Below are positions 49,226-61,622 of a DNA stretch of 64,000 bases, piece by piece. Within the stretch, counting starts at the first letter, position 1. Each line of letters opens with the position of its first letter. The stretch spans positions 63,054,001 through 63,118,000 of the forward strand of contig CM060734.1 in assembly GCA_030704615.1 (NCBI GenBank), written 5' to 3'. The DNA is from Takakia lepidozioides (lineage: Eukaryota; Plantae; Bryophyta). The translations under genes were made by a program, and so were the position numbers. The notes under the pieces were generated by a model. It saw nothing but the letters and a program-made list of their open reading frames with translations, searched no databases and was not told where the DNA came from.

Positions 49226-52200
49226 CAGTGTTGGGCGGTTATCAGGTTTTCGTGAGCTCCTCCGGTGCAGGTTCTTTGCCAATTGCCCCGTCTTTAGAAC
49301 CTCCAGAGGCGGTTAAATGGACAAAAGAAAAAATTAAATAACCTGTCGGAGGCGGTTCTTTGATGTTTTCAAAAAACCCGGTTAAGTTCAATTCCGGTTA
49401 TTAAAGACCTTTGCACATGCGGTTTTTTGAACCGGATCTGGAAGTTCAATATACTTCATAACCGGTAGATAACCGGCGGTCCTTAAAACGGTTATATTGC
49501 GGTCATGTAAATGAACTATTTATAAAATACAAATTTACATACATTGAAATGATGAAAATATTAAAAACAAAACTTAAATAAATGCCAAGCATGGATTGAC
49601 CAGCCATGCAAGATGGTTAGCCCTTGAAACTGGATCATCCAGATGATCAATAATGGACATCTTAGTTACCAGATTGGTTTCATATAGATTTTTTCATTAT
49701 GTAGGGTAAGTTATTCAATGATTTGAAGAAATATTACGACATCCATCAATACCTTCTTCACATACACTGATTTTTGTATATCCTACACACTCTAGGCAGC
49801 TACCATAATCCCATGGCAAGGATTTCATTGTAGAGCCCTTCTTCTTGCTTCAGATTTCTGTCAAGACAAAGCAGCCAAAAAACCCAATCAGCACATATAA
49901 TTTTAATATAAATGGATAGATTGCTAATCAACATTGTAAACTAGAAAAAGTGAAATGAATCTTACCATTAGCACAACACTAGAAAGTCTCATCGCTTCAA
50001 CTTCATCATCAAATTCCTCGTCAAGCTGCTCTTCCAATTCATCCTCAAGTTCCTTCATATCAGCCAGCACTTTGAAACTCTTGCAACCCTTTCTCGGATC
50101 ATTAGGCCAATTTTTTGCAACAAAGATCATCTTGTCAAAATTGTTTGTTTGCAAACGTCAACGACGTAAAGCAGTGAGGATTCCAGCAATAGAAAATATT
50201 CGTTCTGTCTCAATTTGGCTGCCAACAATTCCCAATATCTGCCGAGCTAGATGACCAATAGTTGGAAACTTTAGTTCATGAGACCTCCACCAGGTCAGAG
50301 GGTTACTGCAATTCTCTACATCAACTGCAAAAACGTCGGAACAAAGCCAATTCTCGGATGACAATTCTCGTCGGTTCTTGGTTTTGGTGGTTTCAGCCGT
50401 TGTTTCGGAGGTCGTGAATAAATCATGAGTGTTGCCATGCACTCGACCACAATCACTTTCCAAGGGGCTAGATGGTACCAAAGCTTGGAAACATGCGAGA
50501 AGCAAAGGATGTAAAGATTTCGTGTCATATTCTTCCACGATTCGGAGGGCCACCTCTCGGCCTACATACTCTGAAACCAAAGCCATGCCCTTGAAGCGAG
50601 GATCAAGCATCAAAGCAAGCATATTATGGGCTTTTAACTTGTCGTACTTATGCATGAAAGCCAAGAAAGGTGACAAAACACCAATCACTTCTTTCTTCAT
50701 TGCAACACTCAAATCAGCCAACTCCCGGTCAAAGCCATTGGTTTGTGAGGCTTCGACAAACCTATTTTCAATCGTAATTGCTGCACACTCTCGCTGGAAT
50801 TGCAACGACATGGTTACTGCCACATTCAAAGCGTCGGTGAGCAACCAATGGCCTCGACTTTGGTTGAGCACGCAACTAGTGACAACATGAGATAGTGTTT
50901 TCACAACAGCCCCAACAATAGCCCAAGTTTTACTGGTGGGAACTCGAGCTTGCAAGACCAATGTTTGACGGCTGTAGCATAAATTGATGGCAGTTCGGAA
51001 ATGTAGAGCATCCTCAAACATCAACACCCTACTTGCAAACCTGCACCCTCCCCATAGATACTACATCAAAATTCAACGAGTGACCACATAACAAATATCA
51101 TGAACAATCAATGGTGACCACAATACTTTTGTTATGACGAAGCAATTCAAATATCTCAGTTCATGTCCCTTCACATTGAACACTATTTTAACTAATTCTG
51201 GATTTTTGTTTGGTCCAGAAATAATATGAGAAATATGAATAAATAAAATTTATTATTGAAATAAAGCGATATATTATATTATTTTGGTTATTTTATGCAC
51301 AATATAATCCTCCAAACATTTTTTGGAGACAATATTATAAGTATGTATTGTGGTTTTAGAAGAACATCCACTACCAAGTTGACGTTCACCCAAAAAATGG
51401 GAGGATGCAATAAATTACACCATGATGTGAGGTCAAATATGTAAAACTTTTTGCACAAAATGGTTGCCATATCAGATGACATACAAAACCAAACATAGAA
51501 CAATCATGGCATGTGATGAAGAGGATGACATGAAAGAAGGAAAATTGATTAGGTTATAAACAATAAACAACCAGATTACAAAACATAATTCTAACCAGAT
51601 TACAGTAATATTAATAGTGATGACCAGATTATCACAAAGCATCAAAAGTAGTATACACAGTAAAGACATAATTATTACTATGCCTACATCAGATTACAGA
51701 TGCATTAATTATGATCATAGTACAAACAAACATAAAATAACAAACTTACCTTGTTTTGACAGGAGTATTAAACTTGCGGGGCCGCATGCCAGAATCTATG
51801 CATGCCTTCTGCCATTCCTGACGGCCCTTACCTGACTTCTTAGGCCATGTAATGCATTTATGTATGTCACTTTGGGCAGCCTTGATGGAGACATAAGATA
51901 ACCCTGTACATACTTTCTCATCCGTGGTGGCGTATTGGCATGCTTTTGACCTAGCATGTCCAAAGCATGATATCCAGAGAAAGGTTCCTTTCAACTGTAA
52001 ATTGTCACAATCACAACTGACTTGAGTGCTTGTGTCATGCTTGCCAAATTTGAACCCTCGTCTTTTACATAGCACAATATCTTTTTTGTCAAAGAGAACT
52101 TAGCAAGAAGTTGCTGAAGTTTCATGGCCATGGCCTGACCACTTGTTTCTGTGGCTTCAAACAGGCCTATGGTTACATGTTTTGGTTCCCAATCAGATGA

Positions 52201-53031
52201 CAAGAAGTTAATGACGAGGGCAAAAACATCATAGGCTCCTTTGGACATCCACAAATCAAAGCTCGCTGTAGCCGAGACACAAGAGGCCAAAGCAGGAACA
52301 ACAAAAGTTTGTAAGGTTCTCTCAACTAGTGAAGGCAGCACCTCATCAGTGAAAACTTTTCTACTTGGGAAGACTACCCTGGGACATAGACGGAGGGCCA
52401 TTCTTTGTAGCCAGATCAACTCGACTGTCCTAAGAGGCATGTACTGTTTAATGACCATCAAAACCAGATCCTCCAAAAAGGCCTTTTGGACTGGGTCATC
52501 TTTCTTGAATGGGTTGACAGCCCCAAAATATTCTGAAATTGCAGTTGGACTGACACCATGACGTTTTTTAGCAGGCTGTCGATCCAAAGGATTCCTCTCT
52601 CTACTATTTACTTCCTCTTCATATTTTGAAGACACCCGCAAGTACTCTACCTCAACGTGTTTTCTCATCGCTGTGATGCCGTTGGCCTTGAAGTGCGTGA
52701 TGAGACCTTTTCGACATCTGGTGCGTAATGCTAATATGGCGGGACCAACTGTGGCAGTATGACAGATAATGCATCGCATTACCTGAGGCTTAGCTACATC
52801 CACTAGCATGTTATCAAAGATGTCGTAAAATACCCATGTTGGAGAGTTTCGATTGTGAGGTTTCCAGAATCGGGCCTGTTCACGCAAGAGTCGTAGCTGA
52901 CTGTCCAACAATAGTCGCTCCCCTTCCTCATCATTAGATGACACCACTTGCTCACTTGGTCCCTGCTCACTTGGTCCCAGTTGGCTCTCCATGGGGCCCC
53001 CAAAACTCCCAATCTCCACATGTGGATTCAA
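49226..53031 (-). mobile_element. hAT-superfamily DNA transposon remnant
   Basis: Transposase gene plus a candidate terminus CAGTGTTGGGCGG (49226) with AACCG/CGGTT subterminal repeats at 49230-49500. The opposite terminus was not found. Confidence 0.7.
49924..53031 (-). pseudogene. hAT transposase (two exons, intron 51041-51749, frameshifted)
   Basis: BED-like MRCIICH..MRKH. Catalytic-region SFDLWMSK, VKDEGSNL, CFGH and TPVKTR|F. Dimerisation domain PLTWW...FPTIGHLARQILGIVGSQIETERIFSIAG. Confidence 0.92.
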
Positions 53032-53089
53032 TGATTATGTAGCATGGTTACTGCTGGCAGATCCTAAAGATTCCCGTATAGGGGCAGAG

Positions 53090-53490
53090 TGATCAGAAAT
53101 CATCGCATTCCACAACACCACATCTCATTCAGCCATAGTGTTGAACACTCCCTTGGCATCCTCAATGCTACCACATTTGGCATACATGGCCACCAGAGGT
53201 GCTCAGGATGACATCTGGAACAATTGCAGATTTGATCATGTCACCAGGGATCTCTTTGCCCTTTCCAGGGCTGCCAGACACACTGCAAACACACACAAAC
53301 CTTATGTCGGTGGCCTTCACCTCTGCACCCATCATTTGCTCATAAGTTGGAGCCTCCATCCCTGTGTGCATACCCTGCAAGCATCGCACTCCCCGACAAC
53401 ACATCTCGTTCAGCCATAGTGTTGAACACTCCATTGGCATCCTCGATGCACCCACATTTGGCATACATGTCCACCAGGGCAGGGGCAGTG
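53090..53490 (-). pseudogene. PLS-class pentatricopeptide repeat (PPR) gene fragment
   Basis: [27 protein letters not shown] and a second repeat [29 protein letters not shown]. Stops and frameshifts. Confidence 0.9.
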
Positions 53491-54539
53491 TTCAGAACGA
53501 CATCTGATAATCTGACAGACATTCACCTTTTAGAACTATTCCAGCAAATGCCCCAACCCTATTGACTTAGAGGCTGTAGTGTCCAAAGCCATGTCCGTTT
53601 CCAAAATTGATGAAAATGAAGTTAGGCAGAAAACTTCCCTGGACTTGTTTCCAGTCTGTGACATGGGGGAGGACATCATGGATGACTTCAAGGGTCTACC
53701 CACTCTTGGCACCAGACTGAAATTTAAACTAAGGGCAGGAATCCTACCTTTGAATAGCAAACAAAAGCAGAGAGGAAAGGGAGAGTGCAATTGCACCCAA
53801 CTCAACTTATCACACTAGTTCCTATGGTCAATTGCATCTGCTACACTCTGTAATCTGACAGGCATTCACCTTTTTGCCTCGGTTGTCCCACCAGTTACTG
53901 GGGTCAAAAAAATATTCATCCCACAGCTTCTTCTCATATCTGTTACCTGTTTTTGGATACTTTCCTGTTGTCACATTGGTAGTATCATGTCAAAGTCACT
54001 CCAAACAAGATTCACTCAACCAGCTAATTTGCAGAATTCAACATGGAAATTTAGGGCCGATTCTGATAAGAAGGAAAAACAGGGTGAAATGTGTTGGAGA
54101 GGGTGCCTTCATTAGCAGTGCCTGATTTTATCCATTGTGCTGCTGCTGCTGCGGCTTCCAGTTGACCATCTGTTTCTTGTAGCTATCCTTCCACAGGGAA
54201 TCATAGGTAATATGGAGCTTGAAATCCGGGCCTCTTGGATGAATCTGGACCCACAATCTATCCCTACACTCCTTCAGCTATCCATGCATGTGTACAAATC
54301 GTCAATACATCCTCAGCCTTGCTGCAGCAATCAGCTGACACTGACGCCCTAACCCTACCTCCAATAACATGTCAAAATCACTCCAAACCCACCATATTCT
54401 CATCTATGTTATCTGTTTCTGGATATTTTCCTGCTGCTACATCGGCAGTAACTTGTCAAAGTCACTCCTAACCACCACAGATCCACCCAATGAGCTAACT
54501 TACAGAATTCAATATGCATCTCATGGCCAAGTCTGATGA

Positions 54540-55432
54540 GATGGTAAAACAGACATAAATAGGTTGAAGAAGAAGGTGCCCTCACGACATTGTCGACCTT
54601 GACCTTGTGTCATGACCCATGGAGGATTTGAATGACCATGAACCCAAACAGACCTCTTGTGTGTGTGTTGCTTGTGGTTGTAGTGAGGTAAGGTCGGATT
54701 GGTCCATGAGAACTACCACGGTGCAGCTGAGCAAGCAGAGATTGAAACACGACCTGTTAAGACCAAGCTGACTCTCCCAAGAACCTTGTAAACATCAGCG
54801 AGGACTTAAGTGCGCAACAACGATAGGGCTTAGTGGGGCTTAGTGCATGAGGAAAAAAAAAACGTCGGATTGGTCCATGAGAACCACCATGGTGCAGCGG
54901 AGCAAGTAGAGATTGAAACACGACCTGCTAAGACCAAGCTCCTAAGAACCTTGTAAACATCAGGAAGAATACCAAATCATGGTACTAACATGAGCCAAAA
55001 GCCCACATTTGCAGGATGGACAAACTTCTTCACATCCTACATTAAGAAAAACCCACACCTTGCGATTGCGATTGTCCCATCATTGTGAAGGATCTGTAAA
55101 AAACTCATGCGAGCTCTGCTCCGTGTTGCAAATTCCAAGAGGAGATGGCAAAACAGGCTGAAATAGGTCGAAGAAGAAGGTGCCCACACCACATTGTCCT
55201 CGACTTTGTGTCATGACCCATGGACGATTTGACAAAACATGAAAATGGACCTTTTGTGTGTGCTGCTTGTGTCTATAGTCAGGTAATGTTGGATTGTCCA
55301 TGAGAACCACCATGGTGCAACTGAACGAGCAAAGATTGAAACACGATCTGCTAAGACCAACCTGCACGAGGACTTAGTGTGCGCAACAACGATAGGGCCT
55401 AGTGGGGCTTAGTGCATGAGGGAAAAAAAAAA
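54540..55432. repeat. Local diverged direct duplications
   Basis: 54540-54860 resembles 55150-55432, and 54864-54962 repeats 54693-54797. Confidence 0.75.
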
Positions 55433-55869
55433 CAACGCGAGAAGTTTGAACCCGCGACGCCGCGACGGGCAGGAAGAGCCCTTACCAGTACGCTACGTAC
55501 ACACATTTGAAATTTTCCCCCAAAAGTATGTATATATTGTACATACGTGATGGGCAACTTTTTAAGTTTTTAAACCTTTTTGCAAACCCTATAAGCAACT
55601 TTTGTTTTGTTTTGTTTTTTTTATAAATTTTAAGGGAAACCTCAGGCCCTTGAGGAGGGGGAAAAATTAACCCCATTTCATTTACATGAGACCTATAGGA
55701 GGATCAATGCCCAGACATACCGTCGTCACGAACAATCCCACACACGGGGTAATGCAGCGGGTTTGAATCCCGAACCACCAGGGCGACATACTGTGCACTT
55801 ACCAGCCGATGTGTTTTTTTTCAATCTTTTGCACTTTAATTCTTTTTTTTGTTTTCTTTTTAATTCATT

Positions 55870-57460
55870 TTAGTGGTTACAAGTGAGCACATAGATGTAT
55901 TCCATGGAAATGAACAAAACTGTTCATCTGGTGTCTTCACGGTGGATGTATCCCATGGAGCATTACACGAAAGATCTTAAGGGATACGTTAAGAATTACG
56001 CAAAGCCAGAAGGGAGTATGGCTGCAGGGTATGTTCTTGATGAGGCCATGGCGTTCATGACTGAGTATATGCAATCATTTGATGCAACTCAATGGTGGAC
56101 TTGGGATGCAAATGCGAAAGAAGGGGTTGAGGATGAGGTCTTGGAAGGTGTCGGCAAAAAGCGGGACATGAGTGGAGCTGAGAGAGATGCAACACAAATT
56201 TTGTATGTGCTGAACAATACCAATGTCATGGCTCCTTGGGTGCAGTGAGTACTTCTTTTCATTGCACCTTATTCATATCAAGTTCAATTTCAATTCTGAC
56301 TATCACCAGTGTAATCAAACCACCCACAAAGTCACAAATGTCAGTGGTTCATTCTGATTATAACCACTGTTGTAGTGACGAAATGTCTGAGTGAGTGATT
56401 TGTTGGAAGAGCATGTTCATTTACAAGTCATTCTGCTCACTCTTCTAGTGGTTTGAAACAATGGTTTTCAAAGTATCATTCATGCTAGGTATTTTTTGCT
56501 AAGTAATGCAATACTTCATTGCTAACATGTGTCATTCTTGTTGCCATTTTGTGACAAAAAGTATGCAACAGAGAAGGCACAGTTCACAGCAAACAGAGAG
56601 GCATGTGGTGATGAGTGGCATGCCAATCGACTACCTTATCAGATCAGCCAATACCTAGGTAATGATGGTGCCACGACTCTAAATAAAGAAGACCTGGCTA
56701 TGTTGGCTACCATTGAAGCGGCATTTGTACAACAAACCGCTATTCCAGTTGAGAAAAGTGATTCAGAGAGTGACGAATATGTTTCAGATTCAAATAAAGT
56801 TTATTTGTTCAATAGTATCATCCTACATGGTATGGACACTTGTCTGTTTTTCAAAGTCTGTCACAAATGCACAAACCACTTAAAGTCATGTATCACCACA
56901 AAAGTGGTACCAATCACTGTTGTGTAGGCAACCACTTATGAGTGACCACTAGAATAGTGGTTGCCATTACTACAGTGTCTTTCACCACCCACTCTCCACC
57001 ACTGTAAAAGTGGTACAAATCAATGAGGTGTTTTTAAACACTCAAGATCAACGTGCACTGTCCCCGTCCACGTGGAATATTATATTATATTAATTAAAAT
57101 AGATTTCCAAATCACAAATCATAAATAAAACTTGATTTATTACACGTGGAGTAGCAAGTGGTTTCAACCACTTCCCATCATTGAGGTGTCTATAACCACT
57201 CACAATGTACCACTGCACTCGTCCACGTGGAATATTATATTTATTAACTCAAATATGTTATCAGATAAAAAATAAAAATAAAAATAAAATATTACATGTG
57301 GACTACCGAGTGGTTGAAACCACTTCCAACCACTGTTTGTGATGCACCCGTGGCATTCATCGGGATTAACCACTGCAAAGTGGTTACTAATGGTTTATAG
57401 AGTGGGAAAAGACAGTAGTGGTTAAAGGGCCAGTGGTTATTCCACGTTTTTCTTCTAGTG
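55870..57460 (+). mobile_element. 3' part of a CACTA element with right TIR
   Basis: Ends TTTTCTTCTAGTG at 57460 (reverse complement CACTAGAAGAAAA). Dense AACCAC/GTGGTT subterminal repeats at 56900-57440. Confidence 0.82.
55895..56248 (+). pseudogene. CACTA/En-Spm transposase fragment (DUF4218 region)
   Basis: RWMYPMEHYTKDLKGYVKNYAKPEGSMAAGYVLDEAMAFMTEY. Confidence 0.88.
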
Positions 57461-58679
57461 TGCCTATGGCTTTTGAGAACCTTGCTATTGCCCAACACCG
57501 AGACACATTGAGGTATGCCACTATTCGTGGAGGGGGATATCGTCCAGGGGTTCGACATTTCCATCATGGGGACTGTGTGTATCTGCAGCAGACAGCACCA
57601 ACGACCTTGGATGTCACAGTAGGGCGTGTGATTTTACGGGTACGAGAGGTGTTGCCTTCAAAAGTGTTGGATCTGGAGGGTCGAGATGGCATGGTATGGA
57701 AGGACCATGTGCGCAATTGTGCGCCATGTCACCTGTTCCACATGTAGTTGGGATGATAGATCCCAGTCTTGCAGTGGTACCTGCAGGGTTGCGTTGCATG
57801 CTATATTGGCATGCTGGTGGTGCCGCCACCATGCTGGGTGATAGATGCTCAAGGGGGTGACACATGGTATGCTTGACACCGCCACTTGAGGAGGTTCCTA
57901 GCGGAGAATGGTTGTGTCCACGATGCCTTGGACAGAGGTGAGGTTGACAAGTGATCCAAGGTCTAGCTAACGGGAGTTCAATGCCATGGACACCCAATTG
58001 AAGCCATGGAAGACGAGTAACGATGGGGCTACTTTTGCACCCAGCCTCTTGATCTATTGACTTCAGATACTGGGACTTGGGCGATTGATGACCAAGCGAT
58101 GATTTTATTGGGATGGATACTTGTTAGCTATCCGGTGTTAGAGGGACCTAATCACCAGCTAGGGGGGCGATTGTGGTATAGTTTTCTAGGATTGTGTGCT
58201 TAGAATGTATGGTGGATAACGATGTATGTTGTGGCACGATGCTTAGGTGCACGACACATGTCATGGTTTTAGTCACGGTTAACTAGAATTACCTACTTCT
58301 AGTTAACTAGGATATTTTGGATATATATATATGTGTATTTTGTGTGTTGGGACTTCATTTGGTCTCATATGCCAAGTGAGGTGTCAAGCCTCATTTGAAA
58401 CATGGGGATGGTTTTCCCCTTGTGAGGGTTGAGGAGGGCTCATCTTCTTGTAGTTGAGCCTCCATGAGCCTCTCTCACCTCCATAGCTCTAGGTATTGAG
58501 AGGGAGTGTGTTGAGGGCTTGTAGGGTGGATTCCTTAAGCAAAGGTGCCCTTGGCTTGACTTAGTTTATGTGATAGAGTGGATTTCACTTTGAAGACTAG
58601 GACTTGTTCTTAGTGTGATTGCTTCATGCTTAGAGAGCTTTCATTGTCTTCCACTTCTCTCATTTCTCATCTCTTATCA
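57461..58679 (+). mobile_element. 3' end of a Gypsy element whose pol ends in a PHD finger; PPT and probable 3' LTR 58172-58679
   Basis: AFENLAIAQHRDTLRY..GDCVYL (integrase C-terminus), then CML..[41 protein letters not shown] precedes TGTGG. Confidence 0.75.
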
Positions 58680-58923
58680 TTGTGGTATAGTTTTCTAGGA
58701 TTGTGTGCTTAGAATGTATGGTGGACATCGATGTATGTTGTGGCACGATGCTTAGGTGCACGACAAAAGTATGTGAGTAGACTTCTAAAGAATAGTAGGA
58801 GTTTCTCAACTCTACTATGAGCCTAGAAGTAAGGACTAATCTGGATAAATTAGTGCCTTCAATTTCTGAGCAGCAATTTAGATCGAATGACAAAGCTCAA
58901 GGGAAAAATGAATGTTTCGGCTT

Positions 58924-59198
58924 GAGGGAGGGTGTTGAGTATTCAACCTCAACATTCATCAAGTGTACATTCATCTAATATATGAAAGGACATTTCAAGA
59001 GTCACAACTCAACATTGAAAGGTCACAACTATAGGGAATAGGTGTGACTACTAAAATAGAATCGGTTGTGGTGTCAAGAGACACAACTTTCTAGCATGTA
59101 TAAAAAGACACAAAAATGTAATTTAATACAATCTCTCTTATTATACTCTATATCGTCTTCTATTGACTGTAGAAATGTAGATATCTCATTTTTGTACA
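58924..59198 (+). mobile_element. Copia PPT and 3' LTR (58933-59198)
   Basis: GAGGGAGGG then TGTTGAG...TTTGTACA. Same LTR family as 16271-16500, opposite strand. Confidence 0.8.
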
Positions 59199-59564
59199 AT
59201 TATGTGTGATTGTAAGTAGGCCACATTTGGATGTGGCCTACGCATTACACAATATGTGTGATCTGCCAAGATGATGTGATCAGGCCGCTACTAATTTTGT
59301 TGTGTTTCTGTCATGTGCTCTCACACTCCAATTCCTGCATGTCTCATGAGTCCCACTTGAAGCACTGCACAGCCTCGACACACGTGAATCCTGAGAAATT
59401 TTTGAACTTAGAAAATTTAGTCAATTGTATTCACACAGGTACGCAACGGCTCGACTTGTTTGGCCCCCTTCCATCCTACGGAAAGGGCTTTGATGCTTAG
59501 CACTTCCGTCTTGCAGGTTTGGAGAAAACAGACAGATAGTGGGAGTGGGAGGATATGAAGGTAC

Positions 59565-61083
59565 CTGAAGACCCAAAGCCCACTTTCGCTCTGCGGCCAC
59601 CCTATGTTGTAAAAGAGAAGGAGATGGACCCCGCCGATCCATACTAGCTGTATGCACTAGTACCTTCACTTAGGAAGGTCTCCCCAAGGTTGAGCACATG
59701 AAATGCATGGATAACATGGGGACCAGGTGTTCCTGCATGTCCATCCTTCTCAAAGCAATGAGTGTCAACATATAACTGACATTCAGCTATCACCATAACC
59801 ATCAAATTTCTTTAGACCTATCTTCCACTGACTAACAGAAACAGCATCACCTTCCCAAGGCTCACGTAGGCACCCAACAAAACTGCAAACCTGCAAACCT
59901 GCTTGAAAGGTCACGTGACATCTCTGAAAGAATACTACAAATTTTGAACAGTCAAGGTAGGACATGTTGATGCAAAACTTAACAATAACTCGAATGCCCT
60001 GTATGCTTAGATTCCCTTTTGTTGCAGTGACCATGTATCAAGGACAGGCTGTCAGCCTCTTTGACAATAAGATAATTGCAGCCATAGGTGGGCACAAGCT
60101 ACTTACATGCCCCATGCCCATGCTAAATGTCCATAACAAGTTCCTCATTCAGTTCAACTGCAACTCACCTTGGCTTCTTCAAACTCAGCCCCAAGATAGC
60201 CATTAGATAGACGACGCCTGTTATCTAGCATTAGATAATATGCCACAGTTGCCTGCATCAGGCAAGCTAACTGTCAATGTTCCAACCTTTAATCCCAAAA
60301 AGATGCTAGTGCCCACTCGTCTGGTAAACTCCACACTTTATACAGATGATCCAACTGCGAGCAAATATGGACCAGCAGACTGACCTGCTTAGGCATAATC
60401 AGAACTATACCAGCCTTTCTGACTACATCAGTCAAGCCATGGAAATGGAACAACAGATAAAGATAAATCGAGAAATAGACCCTAGACTTAGTTGAGAAGC
60501 TACTACAAGTAGAACGAGGAATCCATGGAAGCTGCTGTCGACAGGAGAAATATATAATCAAACTCAGATCTCAATTTTGTACAACACCACAACAATCCAC
60601 CGACTTGAAGCCATGTTATAAAGCCATGCCTACTGGAAAAAGTCTGTACATTATTTTGACACGAGAATGTCTTCATCGATCTGCACACATATTTCCGCAC
60701 ACGTCAACCACTACACACATTTCAAATTGTTTCTCATAAACCAGAACAAGAATTATGACTTCCACACATAGGTAGACATGAAGGCTCTGGTAACATTTCT
60801 TTGCTCACCAGTGTTCTCTTCGAGCACGGCTGAAATCAAGTTGATAATAACTAGCCTGCTATGGATATGTGGACACTAGATGCAACATCTCAACTTCAGC
60901 TACTCTCAGAGAGAGTGTACATGTTAGCTTGCTGTAGGAAGAGGATAACGAGGCAAATGAGATTGAAATGAAGGATGCTGGCGAACCTCAGGAATAATAA
61001 CCCGCTTCATCGGGTCCACCAGTAGCATACGTGGAATCAGATCCCTTGCTCCCGGCGACAAATGGCTTGGTAGCGTGTAAACC
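59565..61083 (-). pseudogene. SnRK1: SnRK1 alpha (SNF1/AMPK catalytic subunit) gene fragments
   Basis: Three exon remnants: YTLPSHLSPGARDLIPRMLLVDPMKRV..PEVRQHP.FQSHLPRY (60940-61080); ATVAYYLMLDNRRRLSNGYLGAEFEEAK (60169-60252, AG/GT bounded); ERKWALGLQ|GT (ends 59565). Most kinase and KA1 exons are missing. Confidence 0.88.
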
Positions 61084-61558
61084 CTGCACAAACAGGCACC
61101 CGCCATCTTCACCTCGCCATCTCCATCTGCACGCTAGGGTTTCATTGTGACAGTGTTGAGCTCAGCCAGGGGACGTAGCCGATTCTAGCTCATCTCTTCG
61201 GCGCGCAATCTCGTCCTTACAATCCTCAGGATCTGTCGGTGAGTAGTTCTGTAATCGTGCAGATCTGAGCATGTCCATAGGACGATGGAGATCATCCAGG
61301 TGCTACATGCATTGGGTGCTTGTGGCAGAAAATTTAAAGTTTTCAGGTTTGTGAAAGCGAATGAGCTAACATAAATTTATTCTACAAGAATTTAAAGGTT
61401 AATAACTTTGTAAAATATATATATATTTTAAATTATTTATTTCTGTATACTTAAAATAATTTTCATGGTTTTATTTAAATTTTTTTTTTTATTTATAAAG
61501 GCTTGTCCCACCAAAAAAAATATATATTTTGCAGTAAAAGGGGGCAGTGGCCCTGGTT

Positions 61559-61560
<2 letters not shown>

Positions 61561-61621
<61 letters not shown>
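61561..61621. repeat. (AT)n microsatellite
   Basis: About 30 perfect AT units. Confidence 0.99.

Positions 61622-61622
<1 letters not shown>

Noticed and set aside
16271-59198. One giant element bounded by the two Copia LTR copies, or a 43-kb TIR element
   Set aside because: The copies are on opposite strands, one a 5' LTR with PBS and the other a 3' LTR with PPT, so they are independent remnants.
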